Part shown: positions 1-9,187 of the stretch, in pieces
Position numbering within the stretch: the stretch's first letter is position 1
Layout of the letters: every line of letters starts with the position of its first letter
Assembly (NCBI GenBank): GCA_045809795.1
Contig: JBJMXD010000005.1
Coordinates: 225,177 to 289,176, forward strand
DNA from: Chthoniobacterales bacterium
GTDB taxonomy: Bacteria; Verrucomicrobiota; Verrucomicrobiia; Chthoniobacterales; UBA10450
DNA length: 64,000 nucleotides
Direction: 5' to 3'
The notes under the pieces: model-generated
Databases searched by the model: none
What the model was told of the DNA's origin: nothing
Seen by the model: only the letters and a program-made list of their open reading frames with translations
Translations under genes and position numbers: made by a program

Positions 1-205
1 GAAACGGCTTTATCCCGCGATCCATTGTTTGCAGACCGCGACCCGGCGGGAGGATTTGCTTTATCACCCGGAGGAATTCGAGCGCGTGCAATTGCTCCGC
101 AAAGCGATGGCCGCGCTGCCACCGATCGAGGCGATGGAAAAGCTGATCGATAATTTAAACGCGACGAAGACGAACGCAGAACTGCTGCTCAGCGGACTCC
201 GCTAA
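1..205 (+). CDS. 3' end of an unidentified CDS entering from the left edge
   Basis: Frame open from nt 2 to TAA at 203-205 (...LRKAMAALPPIEAMEKLIDNLNATKTNAELLLSGLR*). It is absent from the ORF track because no start lies in the window. Family not recognised. Confidence 0.35.
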   Translation, partial: KRLYPAIHCLQTATRREDLLYHPEEFERVQLLRKAMAALPPIEAMEKLIDNLNATKTNAELLLSGLR

Positions 206-222
206 GCAGAAAGTCCAAATTT

Positions 223-341
223 CAAAAACCAAATCCCAAGCAAAGCTGCAAAAATTCCCAAAAGGGGAAATGAAACAAACATCGGCGGCGAATAAGAATT
301 TGAGATTTGGAAATTGGAACTTGGTTGGGATTTGGTTTTTG
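223..341. repeat. 17-bp perfect inverted repeat (CAAAAACCAAATCCCAA / TTGGGATTTGGTTTTTG) separated by 85 nt
   Basis: Arms at 223-239 and 325-341 read directly. GGGATTTGG-like motifs recur in the right arm region. Lies in the intergenic space upstream of rnd. Confidence 0.7.
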
Positions 342-352
342 GGATTTAAGGA

Positions 353-1402
353 ATGATTCAGACCGACGCACAACTGGCCGAGATGCTTCCAAAACTGGAA
401 AGCGTCGACCGCATCGCCGTCGACACGGAAGCGGACAGTTTGCACTGCTATTTCGAAAAGCTTTGCCTGATCCAGATCAGTGTTCCGGGAGAAGACTATC
501 TGGTCGATCCGTTGGCGAACGTCGATCTTGCTCCGCTCTCTCGCGCGCTCACGGGAAAAGAGATCGTGCTCCAAGGCGCGGACTTTGATCTGCGCTTGTT
601 GAGACGGAGTCTCGGGTTCGTGGCTACTCGCGTTTTCGATACGGTGATTGCGGCGCGATTGCTCGGCATTCGGTCATTCAGTCTGGCGGCGTTGGTGGAG
701 AAATTTTTTGGCGTGATCCTGGTCAAAGGATCGCAGAAAGCGAACTGGGCTCGACGCCCGTTGCCACATCACATGGCCGAGTACGCCATGAACGACACGC
801 ATTATCTGTTGCCGTTGGCGGAGAAATTGGAGGCTGGCTTGCGCGAACACGGGCGGCTGGACTGGTTCCGCCAATCATGCGCGCGCGCGCTCGAACAGGC
901 ATCCGTTGAGCGTTCCCGCGATGAGGAGGAAGCGTGGCGAATTTCCGGCTCGGGCAAGCTGGGCGGACGCGCCTGTGCGATTTTGCGCGAGCTTTGGAAT
1001 TGGCGGGACAAGGAAGCGCAGGCCGTCGATCGGCCTTCCTTCCACATTTTGCAAAATCATCTGCTCATCCGAGCGGCGGAAGAATTTGCCGCCGGTGAGC
1101 TGCCCGATTACCGGCACTTTTCGCCGCGGCGCCGCCAAAGTTTTCGCGAAGCGGCGGAGCGCGGATTGCGGTTGCCGGACTCGGAGTTGCCTGTCCGCCC
1201 GAAACGGCGGGGAACCCGGCCCACGCGCGAAATGGAGCGCGCTGCCGAAGAGCTGCGCCGTCGTCGTGACGCCGTGGCCGATCAACACGGCCTCGAACCG
1301 AGTTTGATCGCGCCCCGCGGCGCCCTCGACGCGCTGGCCGCGGATCAGACCCGGCTCGAAACGCTGTTGGTTCCCTGGCAGCGCGATTTGCTGGAGTTAT
1401 AA
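353..1402 (+). CDS. rnd: Ribonuclease D (DEDD 3'-5' exonuclease + HRDC)
   Basis: 349 aa. Has the N-terminal IAVDTEADSL... exonuclease motif and Y-x3-D (MAEYAMNDTHYLL). AAGGA lies upstream of the ATG. Confidence 0.85.
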   Translation: MIQTDAQLAEMLPKLESVDRIAVDTEADSLHCYFEKLCLIQISVPGEDYLVDPLANVDLAPLSRALTGKEIVLQGADFDLRLLRRSLGFVATRVFDTVIAARLLGIRSFSLAALVEKFFGVILVKGSQKANWARRPLPHHMAEYAMNDTHYLLPLAEKLEAGLREHGRLDWFRQSCARALEQASVERSRDEEEAWRISGSGKLGGRACAILRELWNWRDKEAQAVDRPSFHILQNHLLIRAAEEFAAGELPDYRHFSPRRRQSFREAAERGLRLPDSELPVRPKRRGTRPTREMERAAEELRRRRDAVADQHGLEPSLIAPRGALDALAADQTRLETLLVPWQRDLLEL

Positions 1403-1542
1403 GGCGTTTCTGCGAAACGCAGCTTGGCAGCGACCGGGTGGCGTCTGACACAGACGCCCTCCAAGGACGGTAGTTCACTCTTCGCGTTGCGTTTCCTTGC
1501 TTGACGCGTGGAATCTGGAGCGTCACAACTAGACGCTCGATA

Positions 1543-2511
1543 ATGCCCGGCGTTGTTCATCTTATTGCGTTTCGTTTCGCCGCCGGTTTGCTGGCGACGC
1601 TGATCGTGCTCGTCTCCGGTGCTTCCCTGCGCGCGCAACAGGTTAGCGTTCAGGACCGCGCCCAATTGCTTCGCACGCCTGCCACATCGCCCACCGATCC
1701 TTATTCGGAAGAGAACGGGGTCGACAACGGGCGGGCCGCGCAGAGTGAAAACGACGCCGACGTCGGCGAACAGGAAATTCTGAAACGCATCGAGCGTTAC
1801 GAACCGTTCACCGCTTCGGTCGCGGTGCCGTTCTATTATACCTCGAATGTCGGCCTGGTCCGCTCGGGCGAGCAAAGCGACCTGCTGTTTGCGCCGACGG
1901 CCGGGGTGAGTTATGCGCCGCGATTGACGCACACGCTTTATGGCTCGTTGAGCGTGCAGCAGCAGGAATTTTACTACGACAAATACAGCGGTCTGAATTT
2001 CGGCAGTTTCGATTTTCGGGCAGGGCTGTCGTTGATCGTGCCGAAACTGCATAACCTCATCCTCCGGGCCGAGTACGATTACAACCGGCTCACTTTCTCG
2101 AATAGCTTCAACAGTTTCTTCGATAATCACTCGCTCTTCCTCAGCGCCGAGTTGCCGTTTCGAATCGGCCGGGCCCAACAAATCTCGTTAGGCGCGGACA
2201 CGAATGTCAGCCTCAGCGCGAGCGCCTCCGCACCGCAGCGAGATGAATTCGATGTCTATGCCGGCTATGCCGTCAGTCTCACCCGGTCACTTTCCGTCGG
2301 CGCGGTGGGTCGGCTTTTTATTCGCGATTATCGCAGCCTCAACCGAACCGACGTGAGCGAAGTCCTCGCCGTGACGGCAAATTATCGGATCAACAAATAT
2401 TTCTCGGCCGGCGCCGCGACAACCCTCGCGTGGAGTCAATCAAGCAAGAGCGTGTTCGATTACGACGTGGCGAACATCGGCGGAGCGTTGTCGTTGACCT
2501 TTAAGTTCTGA
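1543..2511 (+). CDS. Putative outer-membrane beta-barrel protein
   Basis: ATG at 1543 gives a signal peptide (MPGVVHLIAFRFAAGLLATLIVLVSGASLRAQQ). Alternating amphipathic strands and a C-terminal ...LSLTFKF (terminal Phe). The track start at 1501 is TTG. Confidence 0.6.
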   Translation: MPGVVHLIAFRFAAGLLATLIVLVSGASLRAQQVSVQDRAQLLRTPATSPTDPYSEENGVDNGRAAQSENDADVGEQEILKRIERYEPFTASVAVPFYYTSNVGLVRSGEQSDLLFAPTAGVSYAPRLTHTLYGSLSVQQQEFYYDKYSGLNFGSFDFRAGLSLIVPKLHNLILRAEYDYNRLTFSNSFNSFFDNHSLFLSAELPFRIGRAQQISLGADTNVSLSASASAPQRDEFDVYAGYAVSLTRSLSVGAVGRLFIRDYRSLNRTDVSEVLAVTANYRINKYFSAGAATTLAWSQSSKSVFDYDVANIGGALSLTFKF

Positions 2512-2515
2512 CCCA

Positions 2516-5500
2516 ATGAAAAGGCTTTTGATATTTTCGGGCGCGACGCTGGGTTGCCTGGCCAGCATCGCGTCGCTGAACGGGCAGGGCGGCACCGGCG
2601 CCGTTATGAAGGAGGCGCGAGTCACGCAGATCGTAAAAGACGTGAAGATCCAATCGCCGGAGGCCGCGCCGCGACCGGCTACGACGAGCGACACGGTGCG
2701 CGGGAATACGGCCGTCCGCACCGGCGTTGACTCGCGCGCGGAACTGACTTTTGGCGATCTCACGATCGCGCGATTGGGCGCGAACACGATTTTCAGTTTC
2801 AACGAAGGCTCGCGCACGGTGGATCTCGGCAACGGCGCGATCCTCCTCCGGGTGCCGAAAGGCTCTGGTGGTGCGAAAATCCAAACTGCCGCCGTCACCG
2901 CGGCGATCACCGGCACCACCGTCATCGCGGAATACCATCCGAAATCGTACGCCAAGTATTTGGTGCTCGAAGGCACGATGCGCCTCTACATGAAGGGAAT
3001 TCTCGGTGAATCGACGTTGTTGCATGCAGGCCAGATGATGATCCTCAACCCCAATGCGACCCGGCTCTCCGAACCTGTCGACTTCGATTTGGAGCGACTC
3101 TTGAAAACGTCGCTCTTCATTCAGGGATTTCCGCCGTTGCCGAGCGTGCCGTTGCTGGCCGCGGTGCAGCAAACTCAGTTGGAACAGAAAGCGGCCGGCG
3201 AATTAATCGATACGAACCTCGTGATCTTTGGGCGCGGCACACTGGTTACCATGACCGATCCGCAGTCGTCCGATGTTATCGATCGCAAGACGGCAGCAGT
3301 GACGTTGCCGACGCCGACCGCAACACCGACGGCACCTCCACCCACGCCCACCGCGACTGCTACGGCCACGCCGACAGCAACCCCCACCGCAACTCCGACT
3401 GCTACCCCCACTGCGACGCCCAAACCGAGTAAATTCGGGACTCCGCCACCGATCATAACTTCCGTTCCGTACCCGATCGACAACAGCACCACGATTCAGA
3501 CCGATCCGATGATCACTCGCGCCGGCGTGGACGATTTCGGGAAAATTTATCGCGACTCTGGCCAGGACGGCCCGTTCTCGACATGGGCGTTCACGGCCAC
3601 ATCGCCGTTCGACACGACGGTTGGGATCGACGCGCTCTACGGACCGAACGTGCCAGTGGCCGCTTTCAAATTCGTCGCGCTCCAGCTGGTGGGCGATCCT
3701 ATTATTTCCACCGCTAACGGCGGGGCGACAAATCTGGCGTTGATCTCTGTCGGTCCCATCACCACGGCGACAGCGGGTAATGCCACGTTCACATTTGCCG
3801 GAATGCAAAGCGTGCTCCTGGCCACGCAAAACGGTTCAATCGATATCACCAGCCCCGATATCAGTTTCCAGGGGATTCCGCAGCTCTTTTTCTACGCTCG
3901 CGGGACGGGCTCGAACCTGACGCTTGGCGGCATGGGAATTTTCGGAACGAACGCGCTGCGTCTCATGGCGGAAAACAATATCCAAATTAGTGCGCCAGAA
4001 AGTCTGACGAACGGGGTGAACGGCGGCGTGCTTGTCGGTACGGCAGGCGGAGGGATCACTGTAAATTCTCCGATCGATACTCCGACGGCTTTTGTTGCAT
4101 CCGGGACTTCTGGGAATGGTGGAATGGTGACGCTCTCCGCGTTGGGCGGAACGTTGACGGTGAACTCACGAATCCAGGTTTCATATAACGATCCCGACCC
4201 GAGCGTACCCGGGACGTTGATAAGACGAAGCGCCGAGGGTGGACCGATCGTTCTAAGAAGCGGGCTGACGACAGGAACGGGGATCAGCCTGACCTCCGGG
4301 GCGAGTTTGCTCTCGTTATTGAACCCAGCGGCTCCCGGTCCGCTCCCCGGCAATATCAATCTGTCCACGGCTGGAAGCGACATTGTCATCAACAACGCCA
4401 CCCTCCAAGTCGATCGCGGCGCGATCGGAATTCTGCAAACGGCATCGCCTTCGGCAGGAACGGCGCAGATCACGATCAACGGCGGTACGATCAACAGCGA
4501 AATATTGGGGGTCATTTCCCGTGGCGACCTGACGTTCGGGACCACCTCCCCGGTGAATCTTTCTGCCGTCACGCTGGGTTTGGTCGCGACGAACGACGTA
4601 ACCTGGAATGGAGGGACGCTTAGCGCGGCGGCGGTCAATTCCCAGGGGGATGTCATATTACAGGCCGGGCGTGACCTGCTAATCACCGGGCCGACGACAA
4701 TTGACCGCTCGACCGGCGGTGGCACCATCATCAAGACCCTTAACCTTACTCTCAGCGCCGGCCGGAATTTGCAGACGAACGGAGCGCTCAATCTCCACAC
4801 CGAGGGCAGTGGCCTAACGAACGGTGCGAGCATTAGTTTGAATTCCGGGGGCACGATGACGACGAGCGGCGCGACGAATCTGCAGGCGGAAATATTAAAA
4901 GCCGATGAGGGGGCCGGGAGTGACATCATCATCAGCGCCGGTGGCGCAATCACGATGGCAGACCTTTTCGCCGTTACCTCTCTGGGCGTTAATCGGACAC
5001 TCAACAGCGGCGGAAATGTCAGCCTGACTGGCGCTTCGTACCTTGCGACCGACCCGCAAGGCGGATTGAGACTGGTGGTCATCAACTTCTCCGGCGGAAC
5101 GATAACGTCCGGCGGCAATCTCTCCCTATCGCTGAACGGCGACCTGACGACTGGATCGGCGGGCACCTTCGGACTCGACATCGCCAATTCGACCGGAACG
5201 ATTCAGACCGGAGGAGACATTAATTCCACTGTCGCGGGCAACGTCTCAGCGAACCTGGTCGATATTCGAACCGACAATCGCTTCGGCGCGAGGATCGGGA
5301 CCGGCGGCGTGCTCACGTTCGACGTGAATGGAAGCCTGACTACGACCAGCGACGCCAATCTGGAAATCCTCAACAGCGAGATGGGGACACCGGGCGGCAA
5401 AATCGTGACGCCCGCATTCATACAGTCGACCCTCGGGAATACTAGCATCGGTGGCGATTTCAACGTGTTCGTCGACAACACCGATGGCTCGATCGGCCCC

Positions 5501-6820
5501 TCCGGCAATGATTGGACAGTTACGCTCCAAATAAACGGCACCCTCTCGGTGACGGGTCGCCTCAACGTCTTCGGGGACCTCACCGTTACAGGAGCGGTCA
5601 ATGCCGGGACATTGTCAGCCACGAACATCAATGCGCCGACCATCACGGCCGGCGCCGGCGGCATTACCCGGTTCAGTTTCCCGAACGAGACCACCGTGAA
5701 TCCGCTCCATACCATTACGACCAATTCGCTCACTTCAACTGGCGGCATCAATTTCGACGGTCCGGATTTTGACACGCCTCCAGGTTTCGGGCCTTTCGAT
5801 GGTGGTCAGCTTACGCTCAACGTTCCGTCGCTAACGATCGGACCGAGCGCGGCGGACAACATCCAGGGAACGGTCAGCTTTAATGGCGGCGGCAGCCCGA
5901 ACAACACGACTCCCACCGGCAGTGGTGGCACGTTCATTGTTAATGCGACCGATCTGATCAGCGTGAGCAGTCCCATCACTGCGACCACCGGGTTGCGAAC
6001 CGCGGATCCGCCTCCCAGTGGCACAGGCGGCAACGTCACCCTGAATTCGACCAGCGGGACCGTCGGCATCAGCGCGCCGATTACAGTTTCGTCCAATGAT
6101 ACTCCGGGCGGCGGTGCTCGGATCCGAAAGAGTAATGCCGGTGGAACCATCGGCGTGAAGAGCGACGCTGCGGCAGGTCTCGCCATTAATATCACGAGTA
6201 CCGGGCAGCTTCTCTCGTTGCTCGACGCGGCCGCTGCTGGGCCCGGCGGAAAAATTACGATTCTCGCCACCGGCGCCAACAGCCGCGTCACCGTCAATGG
6301 CGATCCCGGCTCGGCCGGCAAACAGCCGATTGACACGATTCGCGCCGATCGCGGCTCGGTCGACATCCGTCACACGGGAGACAGCGGCACGATCGGAATG
6401 ACAAACGCGCAAATCTCGGCAGACATCGTGAAGGTTGGCGCGCTGGGCAACAATGGCTCGCTCACCATTGGCGGGGGCCGCATCAGTGCGGACACGATCC
6501 TAAAACTTTACGCCGTCGGCACGGGTGGCTCGCTGAATTTCGTCAGCGATGTCACGCTCGCCGGCAGTAGTATGAAAATCCTCGCGGGCAGCACGGTCAC
6601 GGTACAAAACAACGTCATTGTGCAGATCGGCAGCCCCGGCGGGACCCGAGCCGATGTTTACGTGCCCGATGTCAATCATGCCAATTATTCGAACTTCAGC
6701 GGCGGCAATAACTCGACCACCGGGAAGTTCATCATCGAGGGCACGCAGGCGAGCCCGGTGAATGGCGCGAACACGATCTTCGGCGCTCCGCCCGCGTTCG
6801 GGGCGCCCGGCGCACCGTAG
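2516..6820 (+). CDS. Giant secreted protein: N-terminal FecR-like domain, Thr/Pro linker, long Gly/Thr/Asn-rich beta-helix-like repeats
   Basis: 1434 aa. Signal peptide MKRLLIFSGATLGCLASIASL and a FecR-like segment (VRTGVDSRAELTFGDLTIARLGANTIFSF). Degenerate G/T/S/N repeats run through most of the length. Confidence 0.8.
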   Translation: MKRLLIFSGATLGCLASIASLNGQGGTGAVMKEARVTQIVKDVKIQSPEAAPRPATTSDTVRGNTAVRTGVDSRAELTFGDLTIARLGANTIFSFNEGSRTVDLGNGAILLRVPKGSGGAKIQTAAVTAAITGTTVIAEYHPKSYAKYLVLEGTMRLYMKGILGESTLLHAGQMMILNPNATRLSEPVDFDLERLLKTSLFIQGFPPLPSVPLLAAVQQTQLEQKAAGELIDTNLVIFGRGTLVTMTDPQSSDVIDRKTAAVTLPTPTATPTAPPPTPTATATATPTATPTATPTATPTATPKPSKFGTPPPIITSVPYPIDNSTTIQTDPMITRAGVDDFGKIYRDSGQDGPFSTWAFTATSPFDTTVGIDALYGPNVPVAAFKFVALQLVGDPIISTANGGATNLALISVGPITTATAGNATFTFAGMQSVLLATQNGSIDITSPDISFQGIPQLFFYARGTGSNLTLGGMGIFGTNALRLMAENNIQISAPESLTNGVNGGVLVGTAGGGITVNSPIDTPTAFVASGTSGNGGMVTLSALGGTLTVNSRIQVSYNDPDPSVPGTLIRRSAEGGPIVLRSGLTTGTGISLTSGASLLSLLNPAAPGPLPGNINLSTAGSDIVINNATLQVDRGAIGILQTASPSAGTAQITINGGTINSEILGVISRGDLTFGTTSPVNLSAVTLGLVATNDVTWNGGTLSAAAVNSQGDVILQAGRDLLITGPTTIDRSTGGGTIIKTLNLTLSAGRNLQTNGALNLHTEGSGLTNGASISLNSGGTMTTSGATNLQAEILKADEGAGSDIIISAGGAITMADLFAVTSLGVNRTLNSGGNVSLTGASYLATDPQGGLRLVVINFSGGTITSGGNLSLSLNGDLTTGSAGTFGLDIANSTGTIQTGGDINSTVAGNVSANLVDIRTDNRFGARIGTGGVLTFDVNGSLTTTSDANLEILNSEMGTPGGKIVTPAFIQSTLGNTSIGGDFNVFVDNTDGSIGPSGNDWTVTLQINGTLSVTGRLNVFGDLTVTGAVNAGTLSATNINAPTITAGAGGITRFSFPNETTVNPLHTITTNSLTSTGGINFDGPDFDTPPGFGPFDGGQLTLNVPSLTIGPSAADNIQGTVSFNGGGSPNNTTPTGSGGTFIVNATDLISVSSPITATTGLRTADPPPSGTGGNVTLNSTSGTVGISAPITVSSNDTPGGGARIRKSNAGGTIGVKSDAAAGLAINITSTGQLLSLLDAAAAGPGGKITILATGANSRVTVNGDPGSAGKQPIDTIRADRGSVDIRHTGDSGTIGMTNAQISADIVKVGALGNNGSLTIGGGRISADTILKLYAVGTGGSLNFVSDVTLAGSSMKILAGSTVTVQNNVIVQIGSPGGTRADVYVPDVNHANYSNFSGGNNSTTGKFIIEGTQASPVNGANTIFGAPPAFGAPGAP
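3304..3424 (+). repeat. Coding low-complexity (T/P/A)n linker
   Basis: Encodes PTPTATPTAPPPTPTATATATPTATPTATPTATPTATPKP, with ACN-CCN-ACN-GCN periodicity. Confidence 0.8.
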
Positions 6821-6824
6821 AAGA

Positions 6825-7733
6825 TTATTTTCGGCGCAGGTCGTCGAGATACCCCGCGCCCAGTGCAATGCCGGCGAGAATCAATGCTCCTGCCGTCGCG
6901 AACGGCACTGGATCGAATGGCGCCGGTGGCAATGAAATGATTCCGTGTTCGTCCGTTCGTGCCGGCCGCCGAACATAACGGCCGTGGCGCGGCGCGCGAA
7001 ATCTCTCGGCGAAACGTTCCAGCCGTGCGGCGAGCTCGGCATCGCAACGCGGAATCCCGTGGCCGCACCCGACGACATTTGGACGGAGTTTTGCGAGTTC
7101 CTTTACTGACAAGCGGGTTGCGTCCCAATCGGTGTTAAATGGCGCGCCGGCGCGCGCCAGCGTTTTGCGCCCGGTGATGAGTCCGGTCCAGGAATCCATG
7201 TTCATCGTTGCGAAGGCATCGCCGGGAAGCAGAACGCGATCGGATGGCCGAAAAAGGGAAATGTGCCCGGGAGAATGTCCCGGGGTCGCGAGCCATTCCC
7301 AACCGGTCGCTCCGGGAACTTCGTTTGGCTGCAATTCGCGAATCCGCCCCGTTAGATTGCGGGAGCCAGACGGCGTGAAGCGGGAAAGGAAGGCCATGGC
7401 GCCGCCGACGGTCGGATCGGGTGGGGGATAATCGGATTTACCGGTGAGATACGGCATCTCGAGACGGTGGGCGTAAATCGGCACGTTCCAGTAATCGGCC
7501 AACGGCAACGCCGATCCGGCATGATCGAAATGGCCGTGGGTCAGGATGATCGCTTCCGGCGGCGCGCCTGATCCGAACCGCGCTTCCGCTGCTTCGATTA
7601 TCTGATGCGTGCGGCCGGGAAGACCGGCATCGACGAGAACCCAGGCACCGCCGGGCCGTCCGACGAAGTAAACATTAACAAAACTGATCGGCAGCCAGCC
7701 GACGTCGGGTGCTATGCGGGTTATCGTGGTCAC
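6825..7733 (-). CDS. MBL-fold metallo-hydrolase
   Basis: 302 aa with an HxHxDH motif (ILTHGHFDHAGS). GTG start. Confidence 0.8.
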   Translation of the reverse strand: MTTITRIAPDVGWLPISFVNVYFVGRPGGAWVLVDAGLPGRTHQIIEAAEARFGSGAPPEAIILTHGHFDHAGSALPLADYWNVPIYAHRLEMPYLTGKSDYPPPDPTVGGAMAFLSRFTPSGSRNLTGRIRELQPNEVPGATGWEWLATPGHSPGHISLFRPSDRVLLPGDAFATMNMDSWTGLITGRKTLARAGAPFNTDWDATRLSVKELAKLRPNVVGCGHGIPRCDAELAARLERFAERFRAPRHGRYVRRPARTDEHGIISLPPAPFDPVPFATAGALILAGIALGAGYLDDLRRK

Positions 7734-7809
7734 GGGGAAAGGGACAATCTTACGGATACAATTCGTAACCTAACGCAGGAAAAGACGTGGCGCGGCATCA
7801 GTTTTCCGC

Positions 7810-8484
7810 TCACGGAATCGTGAGCGTCATCCCCGGCTTCAACTTCGCCGGGTTTTCGATCGCATTCTGGTTCGCGTCCCGGATTTTTTTCCAGCGGCCC
7901 GACGATTTGTAGAATTTTCGCGAAATCGAGGCCAACGTGTCGCCCTCGCGCACGACGTAGGTGCGCGGCCCGGCTCCCGTTTTTTTGTCGGCTGTTTTCG
8001 GGTCGGTCGCTGGTTTGTCAGGAGAGCGATGGGCGCGCAGGTCTTCCAGTTCCTTGCGCAAAGTGAGATTCTCATTTTTCAAGCGCGCCGCTTCCGCGCG
8101 GCTTACGACCGAGTCGCCGGAGAGGGAAGTCCCGAGTTCCAGCTCCGATTTTTTCATGAAAGTCTTCACTTCGTTTGCGTGAGGGCCGGTTGGCGCGAGC
8201 GTGAGATAGCGTTTGAAGTGATGCAAAGCGTGGAGCGGATCGTGCATTTTTCCGTCATAAAGCAGAGCGAGCCGGTAATGCACCTCCGCGGCCCGCGGCG
8301 AATCGTCGAGCGCGCTTTCGTAAAGCGTGATCGCGCGAAGGTAATTGCCGTCCGCCGCTTTGCTTTCGGCGTCCTTGATGATTTGAGCGCTGCGGGGCGT
8401 TATCATTCGGTCGCAACTTGTTAGGCCGAAGGCAAGACCGAGGAGCGTTGCAGTCGCGAACTTCTTCAGGAAATATTTCAGCAT
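7810..8484 (-). CDS. TPR + C-terminal LysM lipoprotein
   Basis: 224 aa. Lipobox (LAFGLTSC), a TPR-like helix pair, and a C-terminal LysM (YVVREGDTLASISRKFY...KLKPGMTLTIP). Confidence 0.8.
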   Translation of the reverse strand: MLKYFLKKFATATLLGLAFGLTSCDRMITPRSAQIIKDAESKAADGNYLRAITLYESALDDSPRAAEVHYRLALLYDGKMHDPLHALHHFKRYLTLAPTGPHANEVKTFMKKSELELGTSLSGDSVVSRAEAARLKNENLTLRKELEDLRAHRSPDKPATDPKTADKKTGAGPRTYVVREGDTLASISRKFYKSSGRWKKIRDANQNAIENPAKLKPGMTLTIP

Positions 8485-8504
8485 GATCGGCGTCTAACTA
8501 CCGC

Positions 8505-9119
8505 ATGAACATTCACGTTTTCACAGGTCCACGCCGTCTTTCCTTACGCGCGATCTTCGCCGGGCCGCAATGTTTTTTCCTCGTCCTCTGCCTCGCGGCT
8601 GCCACTGCGCACGCCGTCCAGTTGCGGCAGGGAAACACATACCCGCTTACATTTACCGATGTCGATCATCGTCAGCTCTCGACCGCGGATGGCCACGTCA
8701 CCGTTATTTCCGTCGTCACCCGGCGAGACGAAGCGAAAGCAGAGACCGTCGGCGACCGCGTTTCCCAGATTACGTTTGCGGATCCGAAGATCCGATTGAT
8801 TACGCTGGTCAATTTTCAGCAGGGCATTCTTCTGCCTCTGCGCGGGATGGTCTCGGCCGTGATCCGGAGCCGGCTCGATACGGAGGCAAAAGAGATCCAG
8901 AAATCGTATGCCCAGCGCCACATTAACCGGAACGCGAGGGAAGATGTTTTTGTTATCGCGGATTTCGACGGCAAGGCTGTCTCGCAGCTCGGGATCACGC
9001 CGGCCTCATCGGAGTACGTGGTTTTCGTTTTCGATGGAAAGGGCCGGCTTGTGCGCCGATGGAACGATGTGCCGAGCCAGGATCAGCTCGCGCAAGCGAT
9101 CAAAGAAGCGCGTCTGTAG
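8505..9119 (+). CDS. Hypothetical secreted protein
   Basis: 204 aa with a hydrophobic signal-like segment (CFFLVLCLAAATAHA). Its TAG stop lies inside the REP motif TGTAGC. Confidence 0.55.
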   Translation: MNIHVFTGPRRLSLRAIFAGPQCFFLVLCLAAATAHAVQLRQGNTYPLTFTDVDHRQLSTADGHVTVISVVTRRDEAKAETVGDRVSQITFADPKIRLITLVNFQQGILLPLRGMVSAVIRSRLDTEAKEIQKSYAQRHINRNAREDVFVIADFDGKAVSQLGITPASSEYVVFVFDGKGRLVRRWNDVPSQDQLAQAIKEARL

Positions 9120-9183
9120 CGGCGGTCTACGACCGCCGACCGATAACTAACACGCGTTCGGCGGTCATAGACGCCGCTACAGG
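9115..9183. repeat. REPIN-like doublet (family R1: TGTAGCGGCGGTCTAYGACCGCCG ... CGGCGGTCATAGACGCCGCTACA)
   Basis: Two inverted GC hairpins bounded by TGTAGC / GCTACA. Sits between convergent genes. Confidence 0.75.
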
Positions 9184-9187
9184 AGCT

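Noticed and set aside
155-588. ORFs 155-574 (-) and 307-588 (+) spanning the left intergenic repeat.
   Set aside because: Both run through the inverted-repeat region and overlap the well-supported rnd gene or the incoming upstream CDS.
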